The position numbers and the translations under genes are program-made. The notes beneath the pieces are model-generated. The model was not told where the DNA came from, searched no databases, and was given only the letters and a program-made list of their open reading frames with translations. A stretch of 60,950 nt of DNA from positions 1-60,950 of the forward strand of contig JANQGO010000162.1 of the NCBI GenBank assembly GCA_028277285.1, written 5' to 3'. The stretch comes from Alphaproteobacteria bacterium (GTDB lineage: Bacteria; Pseudomonadota; Alphaproteobacteria; SP197). This document shows positions 1 to 10,258 of this stretch, piece by piece (positions within the stretch are counted from its first letter, which is position 1; each line of letters begins with the position of its first letter).

Positions 1-1031
1 GGGCAGTTCATCGGCTTGATCGCGTAGATGCGGCCGTCCTCGGTCTCGGTCGTGTACATATGCTCGCGGAACGTATCCCAATGGCCCGATGTCTCCCACA
101 TGCCGCGGTCCATGATCGTGGGCGTCGAGATCTCGACATAACCGGCGCGGTCCTGGCGCCTGCGCATGTAGTCGATCAGGGTGCGAAACAGCGTCCAACC
201 GTTGGGGTGCCAGAAGACGGCGCCGGGTGCCTCATCCTGGAAGTGGAACAGGTTCATCTCGCGCCCGAGCCGGCGGTGGTCGCGCTTCTCGGCCTCTTCC
301 AGGCGATGCAGATAGGCCTTCAGTTCGTCCTTGTTGCGCCACGCGGTGCCATAGACGCGCTGCAGCATCTCGTTCCTGCTGTCGCCGCGCCAATAGGCGC
401 CGGCCAGCTTCATCAGCTTGAACGCCTTGGGCAGCTTGCCGGTCGACGGCAGATGCGGCCCGCGGCACAGATCGGTGAATCCGCCCTGGGTGTAGATCGA
501 GATGACCTCGTCGTCGGGCAGGTCGCGGATAATCTCGGCCTTGTAGGCCTCGCCGATCGACTCAAAATACGCGACCGCCTTGTCGCGGTCCCAGACCTCG
601 CGTTCGATCGGCTCGTCGCGCTCGACGATCTCGGCCATGCGCTTTTCCATGGCTTCAAGGTCTTCCGGCGTAAACGGCTTCTCGCGGGCGAAGTCATAGT
701 AGAAGCCGTCTTCGACCACCGGGCCGATGGTGACCTGGCAATCGGGGAACAGCTCCTTGGCGGCTTCCGCAAGCACATGGGCGGCGTCGTGGCGGATCAG
801 CTCCAACCCGTCGTCATCCTTGGCGGTGATCAGCGCGACCTCGGCGTCATGATCGATCGGCGTCTTCAGGTCGATCAGATCGCCGTTGACGCGAATGGCG
901 AGCGCCGCCTTGGCGAGCCCCGGCCCGATGGACTCGGCGATCTCCACGCCGGTGGTCGGCGCGGCATAACGGCGCTCGGATCCATCGGGCAGTGTGATCG
1001 CGACTTCCGCCGCCTGGACTTCAGCACTCAT
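1..1031 (-). CDS. thrS: threonine--tRNA ligase, N-terminal ~343 codons (the rest lies beyond the window start)
   Basis: My reverse-complement translation from the ATG (complement of 1029-1031) reads [22 protein letters not shown]...[12 protein letters not shown]...VEDGFYYDF...[13 protein letters not shown]...[18 protein letters not shown]...FWHPNGW...ETSGHWDTF. This is the TGS, editing-region and class II core start typical of ThrRS. It is missing from the ORF track because it has no stop inside the window. The + ORF 60..1154 is its antisense shadow. Confidence 0.93.
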   Translation of the reverse strand, partial: MSAEVQAAEVAITLPDGSERRYAAPTTGVEIAESIGPGLAKAALAIRVNGDLIDLKTPIDHDAEVALITAKDDDGLELIRHDAAHVLAEAAKELFPDCQVTIGPVVEDGFYYDFAREKPFTPEDLEAMEKRMAEIVERDEPIEREVWDRDKAVAYFESIGEAYKAEIIRDLPDDEVISIYTQGGFTDLCRGPHLPSTGKLPKAFKLMKLAGAYWRGDSRNEMLQRVYGTAWRNKDELKAYLHRLEEAEKRDHRRLGREMNLFHFQDEAPGAVFWHPNGWTLFRTLIDYMRRRQDRAGYVEISTPTIMDRGMWETSGHWDTFREHMYTTETEDGRIYAIKPMNC

Positions 1032-1109
1032 GGTCGGTGCGACTCCGTGATTTCATTGGCTTTTTGTTGTCGGGAACTTTGGCGCAACGTAGTGCGAATC
1101 GCCCGCCTG

Positions 1110-2033
1110 TCAAGCCACGGCGGGCGTGACGGCGATTACCTCCTCGACCGTTAGGTCGCCCAAGCGGTCGCGCTGCAGGATCGCGACGTCAGGCCCGCGC
1201 GGGGCGGTCAGCGCCGGATTGGACGCCGCGGAGAACAGCACGACCGAGGGCGCGCCGGCGGTCGCCAGAAGATGCATCGGGCCGGTGTCGTTGCCGACGG
1301 CCAGGCGCGCCCGGCGCCCGATGGCGGCAATCTGCTCAAACGATGTGCGCCCACAGAGGTTGAGCGCCTGGGGACAGGCGGCCGCGATCGACTGCAACAC
1401 ATCGGCTTCCGCGTTCGATCCCAACAAGACGGGCACATCGCCGCGGTCGGCGAGACAACGGGCCAGTTCGCCGTATGAGGCCGCCGGCCATCGTTTGTCA
1501 GGCCGGTGCGGTGCGCTGCCCGGCACGAGCACGGCGAACCTCTCCGGCAGGCCGAGTGCATCGAGGTCCGCATCGATCATCGAGAGATCGGGTGCCGGAA
1601 CCGGCGCGATGCCGGCGACGGCAAGCTGGTCGGCTTGGCGCTCGACCGTGTGCATGTGATCCCGGTCCGCGCGCGTCTGGCGGTGGGAGGCGCCGGCCGC
1701 GATGCCCGACCACTCGGGCTTCGGATCGGTGAACAGGCGGTAATAGGAACTGGAGCGGTCGGACGTCTGGAGGTCGTAGACACGGGCGAACCGGCCACCG
1801 CGCAACCGGCGCTTCAGCGCGGCGATGCGTCCGAGCTGCCAAAGGCGTGGGCGTTGATCCAGCCAGACCTCGTCGAACCAGCCGCCGGCCTTTGCCAGAC
1901 CTTCGTAGGGCGCCGTCGTCAGCAGAACGAGATGGGCATCCTTGTGTGCCTCGCGGATCGCCTGGAACGGGCCGGTCGACAAGACAAAATCGCCCAGCGC
2001 GCCGAGGCGGATGACGAGGATGGCCTCGCTCAA
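1110..2033 (-). CDS. glycosyltransferase family 9 protein (LPS heptosyltransferase-like)
   Basis: This is the C-terminal 307 aa of track ORF 1110..2384. It reads LVIRLGALGDFVLSTGPFQAIRE...LLTT...GNDTGPMHLLATAGAPSVVLF, a GT9 signature. The TTG at 2031-2033 overlaps the upstream gene's TGA (TTGA). The longer R/G-rich N-terminus overlaps the upstream CDS and is not credible. Confidence 0.8.
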   Translation of the reverse strand: MSEAILVIRLGALGDFVLSTGPFQAIREAHKDAHLVLLTTAPYEGLAKAGGWFDEVWLDQRPRLWQLGRIAALKRRLRGGRFARVYDLQTSDRSSSYYRLFTDPKPEWSGIAAGASHRQTRADRDHMHTVERQADQLAVAGIAPVPAPDLSMIDADLDALGLPERFAVLVPGSAPHRPDKRWPAASYGELARCLADRGDVPVLLGSNAEADVLQSIAAACPQALNLCGRTSFEQIAAIGRRARLAVGNDTGPMHLLATAGAPSVVLFSAASNPALTAPRGPDVAILQRDRLGDLTVEEVIAVTPAVA

Positions 2034-3211
2034 GGCCAATCGATCAGCTCGCGATAGACGGCGAGCGTGTCCGCACACATGCGCGGCTTGGTGAAGTGTT
2101 CGGCGACCCGGGCGCGCGCCAGCGCCGAGAGACGCGCACGGGCGTCTGCCCCCAGTTCCAGGGCATGCTTGATGCCGTCGGCCAGCGCCGTCGCGTCGTC
2201 CGGCGGCACCAGCCAGCCGGTCACGCCGGGATCGACCGTCTCGATCGCACCGCCGTGGCCGGTCGCTACAACCGGGACGCCCATCGCCTGGCCCTCGACC
2301 GCGACCCGTCCGAAACCTTCCGGTTCGATCGACGCCGACACCACCACATCGGCCAGGCGATAAGCGGCGGCCATGTCCGTGCAAACGTCGATCAGCACCA
2401 CCTTGGCCGCCAGACCGAGCTCCTGGATCTTCTTTTCGAGCTCGCGGTAAAGCCCCTCGCGGCCCGATCCGACGCCGACCATCAGGCAGATGACGTCGCG
2501 CTCGGCCAGTTGCGCCATGGCATCGACCATGACCATCTGGCCTTTCCAGCGGGCCAGGCGGCCGGGCAGCATGACGACAGGCTGACCGTCCGGCAGGTTC
2601 CAGCGTGTCGCCAGGTTGGCGACACGGTCGGGCGATACGGCGGCCGGATCGAAATCGACGATATCGATGCCGCGCGGCACCACGCGCAGACGATCATCGC
2701 CGATGCCGTAGTTGTCGCGCACGTGTTGACCGATGAACTCGGAGATCGCGATGACCCTGTCGCCCTTGGCCATCACCGCGTTGTAGCGCTTCTTCAGCGC
2801 GTTCGAATAGTTGTAGGGCGCATGAAACGTCGTCACGAACGGGCAGCCGACTCGCTGCGTCGCGTGATAGGCGGACCACGCCGGCGCGCGCGAGCGCGCG
2901 TGCACCAGATCGACACCTTCGGTGCGGATCAGTTGCGCCAGCTTGCGCGCGTTGCGGCGGATCACCAGCGGGTTCTTGCTGGCGACCGGCAGCGTGACCA
3001 GTTCGGCCTTGGTACGCAGCAGGTTGGGCGCCAGCTCGCCGCCCGCCGACGCGACAATCGCGCGGCCGCCAATCTCGATTACCGCGCGGGCCATGTCGAT
3101 CGTCGCCCGCTCGGCACCGCCGATCGCAAGCTCCGGCACGACCTGCAGGATCACCGGACGGCGCTGTTCGGCAGGCGCCTCGTCGGTGTTAGGATCGGCT
3201 TCATCGTTCAT
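2030..3211 (-). CDS. glycosyltransferase family 4 (GT-B, group 1) protein
   Basis: Track ORF 2030..3763 trimmed to the ATG at 3209-3211 (MNDEADPN...). It reads ILQVVPELAIGGAERATIDMA...HARSRAPAWSA...PGRLARWKG...EPEGFGRVAVEGQAMGVPVVATGHGGAIETV, the EX7E-type GT4 C-terminal motif. It diverges from the hydrolase gene at 3230. Confidence 0.85.
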   Translation of the reverse strand: MNDEADPNTDEAPAEQRRPVILQVVPELAIGGAERATIDMARAVIEIGGRAIVASAGGELAPNLLRTKAELVTLPVASKNPLVIRRNARKLAQLIRTEGVDLVHARSRAPAWSAYHATQRVGCPFVTTFHAPYNYSNALKKRYNAVMAKGDRVIAISEFIGQHVRDNYGIGDDRLRVVPRGIDIVDFDPAAVSPDRVANLATRWNLPDGQPVVMLPGRLARWKGQMVMVDAMAQLAERDVICLMVGVGSGREGLYRELEKKIQELGLAAKVVLIDVCTDMAAAYRLADVVVSASIEPEGFGRVAVEGQAMGVPVVATGHGGAIETVDPGVTGWLVPPDDATALADGIKHALELGADARARLSALARARVAEHFTKPRMCADTLAVYRELIDWP

Positions 3212-3229
3212 GGCGGCGGAACCTAGCGC

Positions 3230-3979
3230 ATGTATGACGGGGAAACGACACCACAATGGCTCGACCGGGCCGATGGCGTGCGAATTGCCTATCAAAAGCG
3301 CGACGGCGACGGCCCGGGCGTCGTTTTCCTGGGCGGATATGCCTCCGACATGACGGGAACCAAGGCCAGTTACTTGGACGACTGGTGCCGCCAAAGAAAC
3401 CGCGCCTTCCTGCGGTTCGACTATCAGGGACATGGTCAATCCAGCGGTACGTTCGCCGACGGCACCATTGGATTGTGGACCGATGACGCGCTGGCGGCTT
3501 TCGATGCCCTGACAGAAGGACCGCAAATCGTCATCGGCTCCAGCATGGGCGGCTGGATCATGCTGATCCTGGCCCTGGCCCGTCCCGAACGGATCGCCGG
3601 GCTGATCGGTATCGCGGCGGCACCCGATTTCAGCCAGGACCTGTGGTTGAGCCTGGACGAGGATCAGCGCGAAACGGTTCGCCGCGACGGCGTCATCGAG
3701 CTCAGCGACGACGGCCAGCCCTACCGGGTCACGAGCGCCTTCTTCGACGACGGCCGGCAGCATCTGATGCTGCGCGGGTCACTGGCCATCAGCTGTCCCG
3801 TGCGCCTGTTGCAGGGCATGCAGGACACCGCCGTGCCCTGGTCGACGGCGGTGACGCTGGCCGACCGCCTGCAAGGTACCGACGTTGCCCTGACGGTGAT
3901 CAAGGATGGCGACCACCGCCTATCGCGTGATCGGGACCTCACCCGTCTCGGCGCGACGATCGACGAACTCACGGGCTAG
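3230..3979 (+). CDS. alpha/beta hydrolase
   Basis: 249-aa ORF. It has the nucleophile elbow GSSMGGW, then later D and H (KDGDHRL), with spacing typical of the alpha/beta-hydrolase fold. Confidence 0.8.
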   Translation: MYDGETTPQWLDRADGVRIAYQKRDGDGPGVVFLGGYASDMTGTKASYLDDWCRQRNRAFLRFDYQGHGQSSGTFADGTIGLWTDDALAAFDALTEGPQIVIGSSMGGWIMLILALARPERIAGLIGIAAAPDFSQDLWLSLDEDQRETVRRDGVIELSDDGQPYRVTSAFFDDGRQHLMLRGSLAISCPVRLLQGMQDTAVPWSTAVTLADRLQGTDVALTVIKDGDHRLSRDRDLTRLGATIDELTG

Positions 3980-6454
3980 ATGAGCGACCGCGTGCCGCCC
4001 TTGCCACGACTCCTTCGCCTTGTCCTCGCGGCGGTCTTTGTCGCGTTGCTTGTTCAGACGTCGGGCGGCCGCGCGGCGTCGGCGGACGACAATGTCAGTC
4101 AGCGCGCGACCTCCGACCTCAGCGCTTCGTGGAGCCTCACGCTCGACGCCGCCGAAGCGTACATGCAGCAGACCGGCAACACGCCTGAGGAAACGACCTA
4201 CTATCTGGAGCAAGCGCGGCGCGTCGACAAGGAGGTCGACTTCGTCGCGGCGAATGCCCAGACGCGGATCGAGCAAATCGACGAATTGCTGGCGACGATC
4301 GACGACGAGCGCCGGGGCACGGTCGGCGACCAAAGTCTGATCGATCAAGCACGCGCGGACCTCGAGCTCGAGCGCTCGGACCGGCTGAACCGGCTGGCGG
4401 TCGCCGCCATCATGAACGATCGCGCGGAGAGAGTTATTGAGGAGCTGGCGAGCGACGAATGGCTGGCATCCGGTCTTTGGACACGCTCATCGTTCTCCCC
4501 GTCGTTGACGACCTTCACGCAGGCGATGCCGGCCGCCGGCTCCATTGTTGCCAGCATTCTGCGCTCACCGCTGATCTGGATTTCCGAATTCGACCAGCAG
4601 CCGGTGGCGGGTGAAGAGACGGTGCTCGGCCTTCTTGGCCTGATTGTCGCGGTCGGCCTGGGCTGGGTCGCACGTCACTACATTCTCAAACGGTTTGGCC
4701 GCGATCCCGCGATCACCGAACCCACCTATTCCCGCCGCTTCATCGCGGCACTGGCAATCGGTTTTGCCGGCGGCATTATCCCGGCCTTGGTGGTCGGCCT
4801 CTTTATCTACGACCTCTCCAGAACCCAAGCGATTCTGACCGGCGACTTTGCCGCCGCCCTGCAAGGGGCCGGCTACGCCGTCACGTTCCTGTTCCTGGCC
4901 TTCGCCCTGATCAGGGGCGCGCTGTCGCCCGAACTGACGACGTGGAAGATCACGGCGCTGACGCCGGAATCCGCGCGACGTTTGAGTTGGCGGTGTCAGG
5001 TGCTGGCGGTCGTGATCGCGATCGATATCTTCTTTACCATCGCCGGCAACGCCAGCAGCGTCGGTCCGGCATTACGCGCCGTCGAGACCTTTGTCACCAC
5101 CTTCATCGAGGGCCTTATTCTGTTGTCGCTTGCCTCGCCGAGCGTGTGGCAACGCGAGGCATCGGATAAAGAGACCGGTGCCATCGAAGGCGATCGCGGC
5201 GTCATCTCCAACCGCATGTGGCGTTGGATCCGCCGCGCGACGGCGCTGATCGTTGTTCTGGGCCTCGCCAGCTCCCTTCTCGGCTACATCGAACTCGGTG
5301 CTTTCCTGGTCAAGAACATGCTGTCGACGGCGATCGTCATCGCGATCATGTTTCTGCTGCGCGAGGTTCTGCGCGAATCGATTGGTCTGGTCACCCGCTC
5401 CTATCTGATGCGCGAAAGGCTGCGCGCCAGCCATCGCACCCGAAGAACGCTGAAGTTCTGGCTGCGCTTGATCCTGGACCCGCTCCTGATCGTCCTGACC
5501 ATCCTGATCCTGGCCAACATTTGGGGCGTGCCGTTCAACCGTCTGGCCGCATGGACAGGCGAAGCCCTGGACGGATTCAATGTCGGCAACGTGCAGATCT
5601 CGTTGATCGACGTCGCCTTGGGGCTTGTCACCTTCGTCGTCGTCATCGTGATCGTGCGCCTGGTCCAAACCGTGTTGCAGGATCACATCCTGCCCGAGAG
5701 CGGTTGGGACGAAGGCACGCAGCATTCGGTTCTGTCGGTGCTCAGTTATGTCGGCTTCACCCTGGCGACGGTCCTGGGCATTGCCGTCATCGGCGTCGAC
5801 ATGACGACCATCGGCCTGATCGCCGGCGGCCTATCCATCGGCATCGGTCTCGGGCTGCAGGGTATCGTCAACAACTTCATCTCCGGCATCATTCTGTTGA
5901 TCGAGCGGCCGGTGAAGGTCGGCGACTGGGTCATCGTCGGCATGCATGAGGGTTTCGTGAAGCGGGTCAACATCCGCGCCACCGAAATCGAAACCTGGCA
6001 ACGCGCCAGCGTCATCGTCCCGAATGCCGAACTGTTGAACACGTCGGTCACCAACTGGACCCACCACGACCGCATCGGCCGCATGGAAATCAGGCTGCGC
6101 GTGCCGCGCGGCACCGATGTCGATCTGGTGCAGGAGATCATGCTGGAATGCGCGCAGAAGCACCCCAGCGTCGCGTCCTGGCCCGAACCGTCGGCGTTGT
6201 TCATGGATTTCGGCGAGAACGGCCTGGATTTCGAACTGCGCTGCTTCACGTCCGACAACGTGTGGGTCTATTTCATCGGCAGCGATCTGCGCTTTGCCAT
6301 CAACCGTCGCCTACGCGAAGAGGGTATCGAAATGGCCTTGCCGCAACGCGTCATCCACATGGCTGAAGACGAACCGCTGCCGCGGCCGCCGCGCGACAAG
6401 GCCGACGACGAGACGGACGCAGGTCAACCGGACAAGACGAGCCCGGCGACATAG
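3980..6454 (+). CDS. mechanosensitive ion channel family protein (large MscK/KefA-like MscS homologue)
   Basis: 824-aa ORF. It has an N-terminal signal/TM and a coiled-coil periplasmic region, then multiple TM helices, then the MscS core FISGIILLIERPVKVGDWV...G.V..V..R.T and a C-terminal beta domain. The ATG follows the previous stop directly. Confidence 0.88.
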   Translation: MSDRVPPLPRLLRLVLAAVFVALLVQTSGGRAASADDNVSQRATSDLSASWSLTLDAAEAYMQQTGNTPEETTYYLEQARRVDKEVDFVAANAQTRIEQIDELLATIDDERRGTVGDQSLIDQARADLELERSDRLNRLAVAAIMNDRAERVIEELASDEWLASGLWTRSSFSPSLTTFTQAMPAAGSIVASILRSPLIWISEFDQQPVAGEETVLGLLGLIVAVGLGWVARHYILKRFGRDPAITEPTYSRRFIAALAIGFAGGIIPALVVGLFIYDLSRTQAILTGDFAAALQGAGYAVTFLFLAFALIRGALSPELTTWKITALTPESARRLSWRCQVLAVVIAIDIFFTIAGNASSVGPALRAVETFVTTFIEGLILLSLASPSVWQREASDKETGAIEGDRGVISNRMWRWIRRATALIVVLGLASSLLGYIELGAFLVKNMLSTAIVIAIMFLLREVLRESIGLVTRSYLMRERLRASHRTRRTLKFWLRLILDPLLIVLTILILANIWGVPFNRLAAWTGEALDGFNVGNVQISLIDVALGLVTFVVVIVIVRLVQTVLQDHILPESGWDEGTQHSVLSVLSYVGFTLATVLGIAVIGVDMTTIGLIAGGLSIGIGLGLQGIVNNFISGIILLIERPVKVGDWVIVGMHEGFVKRVNIRATEIETWQRASVIVPNAELLNTSVTNWTHHDRIGRMEIRLRVPRGTDVDLVQEIMLECAQKHPSVASWPEPSALFMDFGENGLDFELRCFTSDNVWVYFIGSDLRFAINRRLREEGIEMALPQRVIHMAEDEPLPRPPRDKADDETDAGQPDKTSPAT

Positions 6455-6464
6455 ACGTCACCAG

Positions 6465-6635
6465 GTTCTCCCTCTCCCCAGCGAGGGAGAGGGATGCGCA
6501 GGCTTGGGATCGTAAGATCCCTAGCCGTAGCTGGGTGAGGGGGGCTGGCGCGATGCCCTGGTCTAGATGTCTTTTTGCGCGCTGGCGCGCGACCCCTCAC
6601 CCCGGCCATCTCCCTCAAGGGGAGAGGGAGTCGAT
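6465..6635. repeat. cluster of REP-like GC-rich hairpins between convergent genes (see finding)
   Basis: Perfect 10-bp stem 6469-6478/6485-6494 (tccctctccc/gggagaggga). Stem 6506-6511/6516-6521 closes a GTAA loop, with outer ggct/agcc pairing. Long-range inverted repeat gggtgagggg 6533-6542 / cccctcaccc 6593-6602. Stem ctccctc 6610-6616 / gagggag 6624-6630. Confidence 0.55.
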
Positions 6636-7513
6636 GAGCCGCTGCCAGCGGTCGCGGCCAGATCCGCAGGTATGCCGTCGCGATAGCTGGGGTAGCGCAA
6701 ACGCACGCCCAGCTCGTCCTTGATCCGGCTGTTATCGACCCGCTTGTTGTCGCGATAGAAACTCTTCGCCATGTCCGACAGGTCGGCCTCGTCGAAGGGG
6801 ATTTCCGGCGGCGGTTCCAGGCCGAGCAGGTCGCATACATAGGCGACAACCTTGTCGGGCGCTTCCGCTTCGTCGTCGCAGACATTGTAGATACGACCGG
6901 GGTGAACATGCGTCATCGACGCGCGCACGACCTGGACGATATCGTCGACATGAATGCGCGAGAAAACCTGACCGGGTTTGACGACCCGCCTGGCGCGGCC
7001 CGATTGCACCTGACGCAACACGCCGCGGCCCGGACCGTAGATACCGGCGAGCCGGAAGATGTGGACGGGCATGCCGTAGCGTTCGGCCATCATCAGCCAC
7101 ATCTCTTCGGCCTCGGCGCGCCGGCGGCTGCGATCCATGGTCGGCGCGGCCGGTGTCTCCTCGTTCACCCAGCCGCCACCGTGGTCGCCATAGACGCCGG
7201 TCGTCGACAGATAACCCGCCCATTCGAGATCCTCGAGCGCGGCAAAGTCGCCGCCGTGCCAGAAGACCGGCGGTGCCGGCATGTCCGGTTGCGGCGGGAT
7301 CGAGTCGAGCAGATGGGTCGTGCCGGCGAGCGCCTCTGCCCCGTTCTCCATGGCCGCCGTCCCGTCGAAGACGTGAGCCTCGATACCCTCATCGGTCAGC
7401 GCCGCCTGCTTGCCGGCTGAACGGACCGTACCGGCAACCGTCCAGCCTTCGGCCTTGAGCGCCCGGGCGAGCGCGAGCGCGCTGTAGCCCAGACCAAAAC
7501 AGAAAAGCTTCAT
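6563..7513 (-). CDS. SDR family NAD(P)-dependent oxidoreductase / epimerase-like protein
   Basis: Track ORF trimmed to [19 protein letters not shown] (Rossmann GxGxxA). The ATG 7511-7513 overlaps the queG stop (ATGA). The last ~35 codons (..PSPLEGDGRGEGSRA..) read through the hairpin repeat, so the true C-terminus is uncertain. Confidence 0.72.
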   Translation of the reverse strand: MKLFCFGLGYSALALARALKAEGWTVAGTVRSAGKQAALTDEGIEAHVFDGTAAMENGAEALAGTTHLLDSIPPQPDMPAPPVFWHGGDFAALEDLEWAGYLSTTGVYGDHGGGWVNEETPAAPTMDRSRRRAEAEEMWLMMAERYGMPVHIFRLAGIYGPGRGVLRQVQSGRARRVVKPGQVFSRIHVDDIVQVVRASMTHVHPGRIYNVCDDEAEAPDKVVAYVCDLLGLEPPPEIPFDEADLSDMAKSFYRDNKRVDNSRIKDELGVRLRYPSYRDGIPADLAATAGSGSSTPSPLEGDGRGEGSRASAQKDI

Positions 7514-8643
7514 CAGGCAGCGTCCTCCCAATCAGGGCTTTGCCACTCGCCCCGTACATCCGCGTCGTCTTCATCCGGCAAGTGACGCGCGCGCAAGGTC
7601 TCGAACCGGTCGGCCGGCGCCAATCGGGACAGCGCCCAGACCGCCATCGCGCGCACCAGGGGCGAGACATCGTCAAGGCGCGCCGCCGCCACATCGGCCA
7701 GCGCCGGATCGCTACTGTTGCCGATCGCGATCAGCACGTTGCGCACGAAGCGGTCCCGTCCTGTCCGCTTGATCGGCGAGCCGCTGAACAAGCTACGGAA
7801 GCCCGCGTCATCGAGAGCGGCCAGGTCGGCCAGGCGCGGCGCGGTCAGTTCGACGCGCGGCAGGAAAGCCGGTTCCCTTGCGGCAGCGGCGAACTTGTTC
7901 CACGGGCAGACCGCCAGGCAATCGTCGCAGCCATAGATCCGGTTACCCATGGGCACGCGAAACTCACGCGCGATGTGGCCCTTGTGTTCGATCGTCAAAT
8001 AGGAAAGGCAGCGTCGTGCGTCCAGACGGTAGGGCGCGGGGAACGCATCGGTCGGGCAGATATCCAAACACGCCCGGCATGAGCCGCAGTGGTCGGCCTC
8101 CGCTTCGTCGGGCGCAAGGTCCAACGTGGTGAAGATCTCGCCGAGGAACAGCCAGGAGCCGAACTGCCGCGACACCAGATTGGTGTGCTTGCCCTGCCAG
8201 CCGACCGGCGTGCGCGCGGCAAGCGGCTTTTCCATCACCGGCGCGGTGTCGACGAACACCTTGACCTCGCAACCCGTCGCGTCGACCAGACGCCGTGCCA
8301 CCGCCTTCAAGCGCTTCTTCATGACGTCGTGATAGTCGCGGCCCTGGGCATAGACGGAGATCACCGCGCGATCGCGGTTGCCGAGCCGTGCCATCGGGTC
8401 GATCGCCGGTCCATAGTTCGCGCCGACAACCAGAACGCTGCGCACCGCTGGCCAAAGCGTCGTCGGCGCGGCGCGCTCGTCGATACGGCGCTCGAGCCAG
8501 TCCATGTCGCCCGCATAGCCGGCCGACAAGAAGCTATCCAGACGCGCGCGGCCGACTGCTTCCGGTGCGGCGATGCCGGCCGTATCGAACCCGGCCTCGC
8601 GGGCATAAGTAAGAAGGGTGTCCCGGCGCGCCTCGGCGTCCAT
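7513..8643 (-). CDS. queG: tRNA epoxyqueuosine(34) reductase
   Basis: Trimmed to [11 protein letters not shown].. at 8641-8643 (ATGA overlap with the gst stop). It has the two 4Fe-4S motifs [13 protein letters not shown] and [13 protein letters not shown], followed by a HEAT-like C-terminus (VRAMAVWAL). Confidence 0.9.
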   Translation of the reverse strand: MDAEARRDTLLTYAREAGFDTAGIAAPEAVGRARLDSFLSAGYAGDMDWLERRIDERAAPTTLWPAVRSVLVVGANYGPAIDPMARLGNRDRAVISVYAQGRDYHDVMKKRLKAVARRLVDATGCEVKVFVDTAPVMEKPLAARTPVGWQGKHTNLVSRQFGSWLFLGEIFTTLDLAPDEAEADHCGSCRACLDICPTDAFPAPYRLDARRCLSYLTIEHKGHIAREFRVPMGNRIYGCDDCLAVCPWNKFAAAAREPAFLPRVELTAPRLADLAALDDAGFRSLFSGSPIKRTGRDRFVRNVLIAIGNSSDPALADVAAARLDDVSPLVRAMAVWALSRLAPADRFETLRARHLPDEDDADVRGEWQSPDWEDAA

Positions 8644-9311
8644 CAAAAGTCGAGGTCGTCGTAATGCGACGACGGCCTGAGGCCCGGAATGCGGTCCTCC
8701 AGCAGGGGCTGGAACGACGGCCGCGACTTCACCCGGGCATACCAGTCGCGCGCGGCGTCCTGGTGCGACCACGGCACGTCGCCGATGTAGTCGATCGAGG
8801 AAAGCTGCGCCGCCGCCGCGACATCGGCCATGGAGAAACGCTCGCCGGCAAGCCAGGCCCGGCGTTCGGTCAGATAGGCGATATAGTCCAGGTGGACGCG
8901 GATGTTGGCGAGACCAGCGCGTACCGTCGCGGAGTCCGGTTCGCCGCGCCCCAGAAAACGCTTCATCACTTTCTCGCCGAACACGTTGCGCGTCGCTTCC
9001 TGATAGAACTTGTCGTCGAACCAGGCGATCAAGCGTCGGGTCTCCGCCCGCTCGGCCGGCGTCGCGCCCATCAGATCGGGCTGCGGCTGAACTTCATGAA
9101 GGTATTCGGCAATCGCGGAACTGTCGGCAATCGCCGTGTCGTCAGCCTCGACAAGCACCGGCACGCAGCCGGCGGGATTGAGACTGAGAAACGCGTCGCG
9201 ACGCTCCCAAACGTTCTCGCCGCGCAGCTCGAACGGCAGCCCTTTTTCCTTCAGGGTAATGCGAACCTTGCGGCAGAACGGCGAGAGCGGCATGTGATAG
9301 AGAATGCGCAT
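8643..9311 (-). CDS. glutathione S-transferase family protein
   Basis: 222-aa [31 protein letters not shown] is a thioredoxin-like GST N-domain, followed by a helical C-domain. Confidence 0.85.
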   Translation of the reverse strand: MRILYHMPLSPFCRKVRITLKEKGLPFELRGENVWERRDAFLSLNPAGCVPVLVEADDTAIADSSAIAEYLHEVQPQPDLMGATPAERAETRRLIAWFDDKFYQEATRNVFGEKVMKRFLGRGEPDSATVRAGLANIRVHLDYIAYLTERRAWLAGERFSMADVAAAAQLSSIDYIGDVPWSHQDAARDWYARVKSRPSFQPLLEDRIPGLRPSSHYDDLDF

Positions 9312-9441
9312 GCCGCGAAGCTACTTGATGGCGCCGACGGCGCAAAGGGAGAGATTGACGCGGGCCGATCAAACGTCAGTTGACCGGCGAGCCTGGGACT
9401 TGTGCGTTGGCTGAGACCGCCTTAAAGGCGGATCGGAAGGG

Positions 9442-10143
9442 CTAAGCGAGGAAGTCCGATTCCGGACTGTTCACCGACAGGTCGATGTACTCCACATACT
9501 GTCCCGGCGGCACGCGCTTCAGGCTGTCGTGGCTGACGCAGGCCTCGACCAGCGCCTGCACCGGCCCGCGGGCGCCCTTCTTGCGATCGATGTGGATGGC
9601 GGACGCGCCGCCGGCGGCCAGCGGAAAGACATCCGCGCAACCGACCGGCCGGACGGCAAGGTCGTAACCCAACGCGACCTGGTCTTCCGACAGCAGCTCA
9701 AAACGATCCTGCGCATGGCGGCCGCGCGCCGACACGATCCAGTTGCTGGCCTCGTCCGGCAGGATCAGGTTCATGGTCGCGAAACACGACGCCGACGGCC
9801 CACTGCCCCACTCGACGCCTTCCGGCACGGTGAGCGACAGGCACATGGCGACGGCACCGGGCAGCGACACGCAGTCGACCGGCACCGGCGCCAAGGTCAG
9901 ATGCACGTTGTGGGTCGATGCGTCGACATCCTTGCGGGATGTCGCGACCTCGGCCAGTTCCATATCGGAAAGGCAACCGCGCCTGACCAGGATGGAGGCC
10001 AAACGCCCACCATTGGCGGCCTGGGTCTGGAGCGCATCGAACAGCTGGTGGTCGTTGATCAGGCCGTATTCCTGCAACATCCGGCCCAACCGAATATCGG
10101 TTGCCTGGATGGTTGCGCCCGCGCCAGCAGTGCTTGTAGCCAT
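9442..10143 (-). CDS. MshEN (T2SS-E N-terminal, putative c-di-GMP-binding) domain protein with an uncharacterised C-terminal domain
   Basis: 233-aa ORF. Residues 18-41, RLGRMLQEYGLINDHQLFDALQTQ, fit RLGxx(L)(x)xxG(L)(I)xxxxLxxxLxxQ. A 5-aa spacer (AANGG) follows, then a second, weaker copy RLASILVRRGCLSDMELAEVATSR. There is no ATPase domain. Confidence 0.6.
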   Translation of the reverse strand: MATSTAGAGATIQATDIRLGRMLQEYGLINDHQLFDALQTQAANGGRLASILVRRGCLSDMELAEVATSRKDVDASTHNVHLTLAPVPVDCVSLPGAVAMCLSLTVPEGVEWGSGPSASCFATMNLILPDEASNWIVSARGRHAQDRFELLSEDQVALGYDLAVRPVGCADVFPLAAGGASAIHIDRKKGARGPVQALVEACVSHDSLKRVPPGQYVEYIDLSVNSPESDFLA

Positions 10144-10258
10144 GTCAGCCCCTCACCTCGCGACATACCGGACGATCAAAAGGATCATCCGCACTACCCA
10201 TTTTAGTTAGGGCTTTTGGGCTTTCCTGTGATGCCGCGCACAGTTCAGCGGTCGAACA

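Noticed and set aside
1110-3763. Very long N-terminal extensions of the two glycosyltransferase ORFs (424 aa and 577 aa as listed in the track).
   Set aside because: The extensions overlap the neighbouring upstream genes and are R/G/P-rich, with no GT-fold sequence. Internal starts at 2033 (TTG) and 3211 (ATG) give canonical-length proteins with start/stop coupling.
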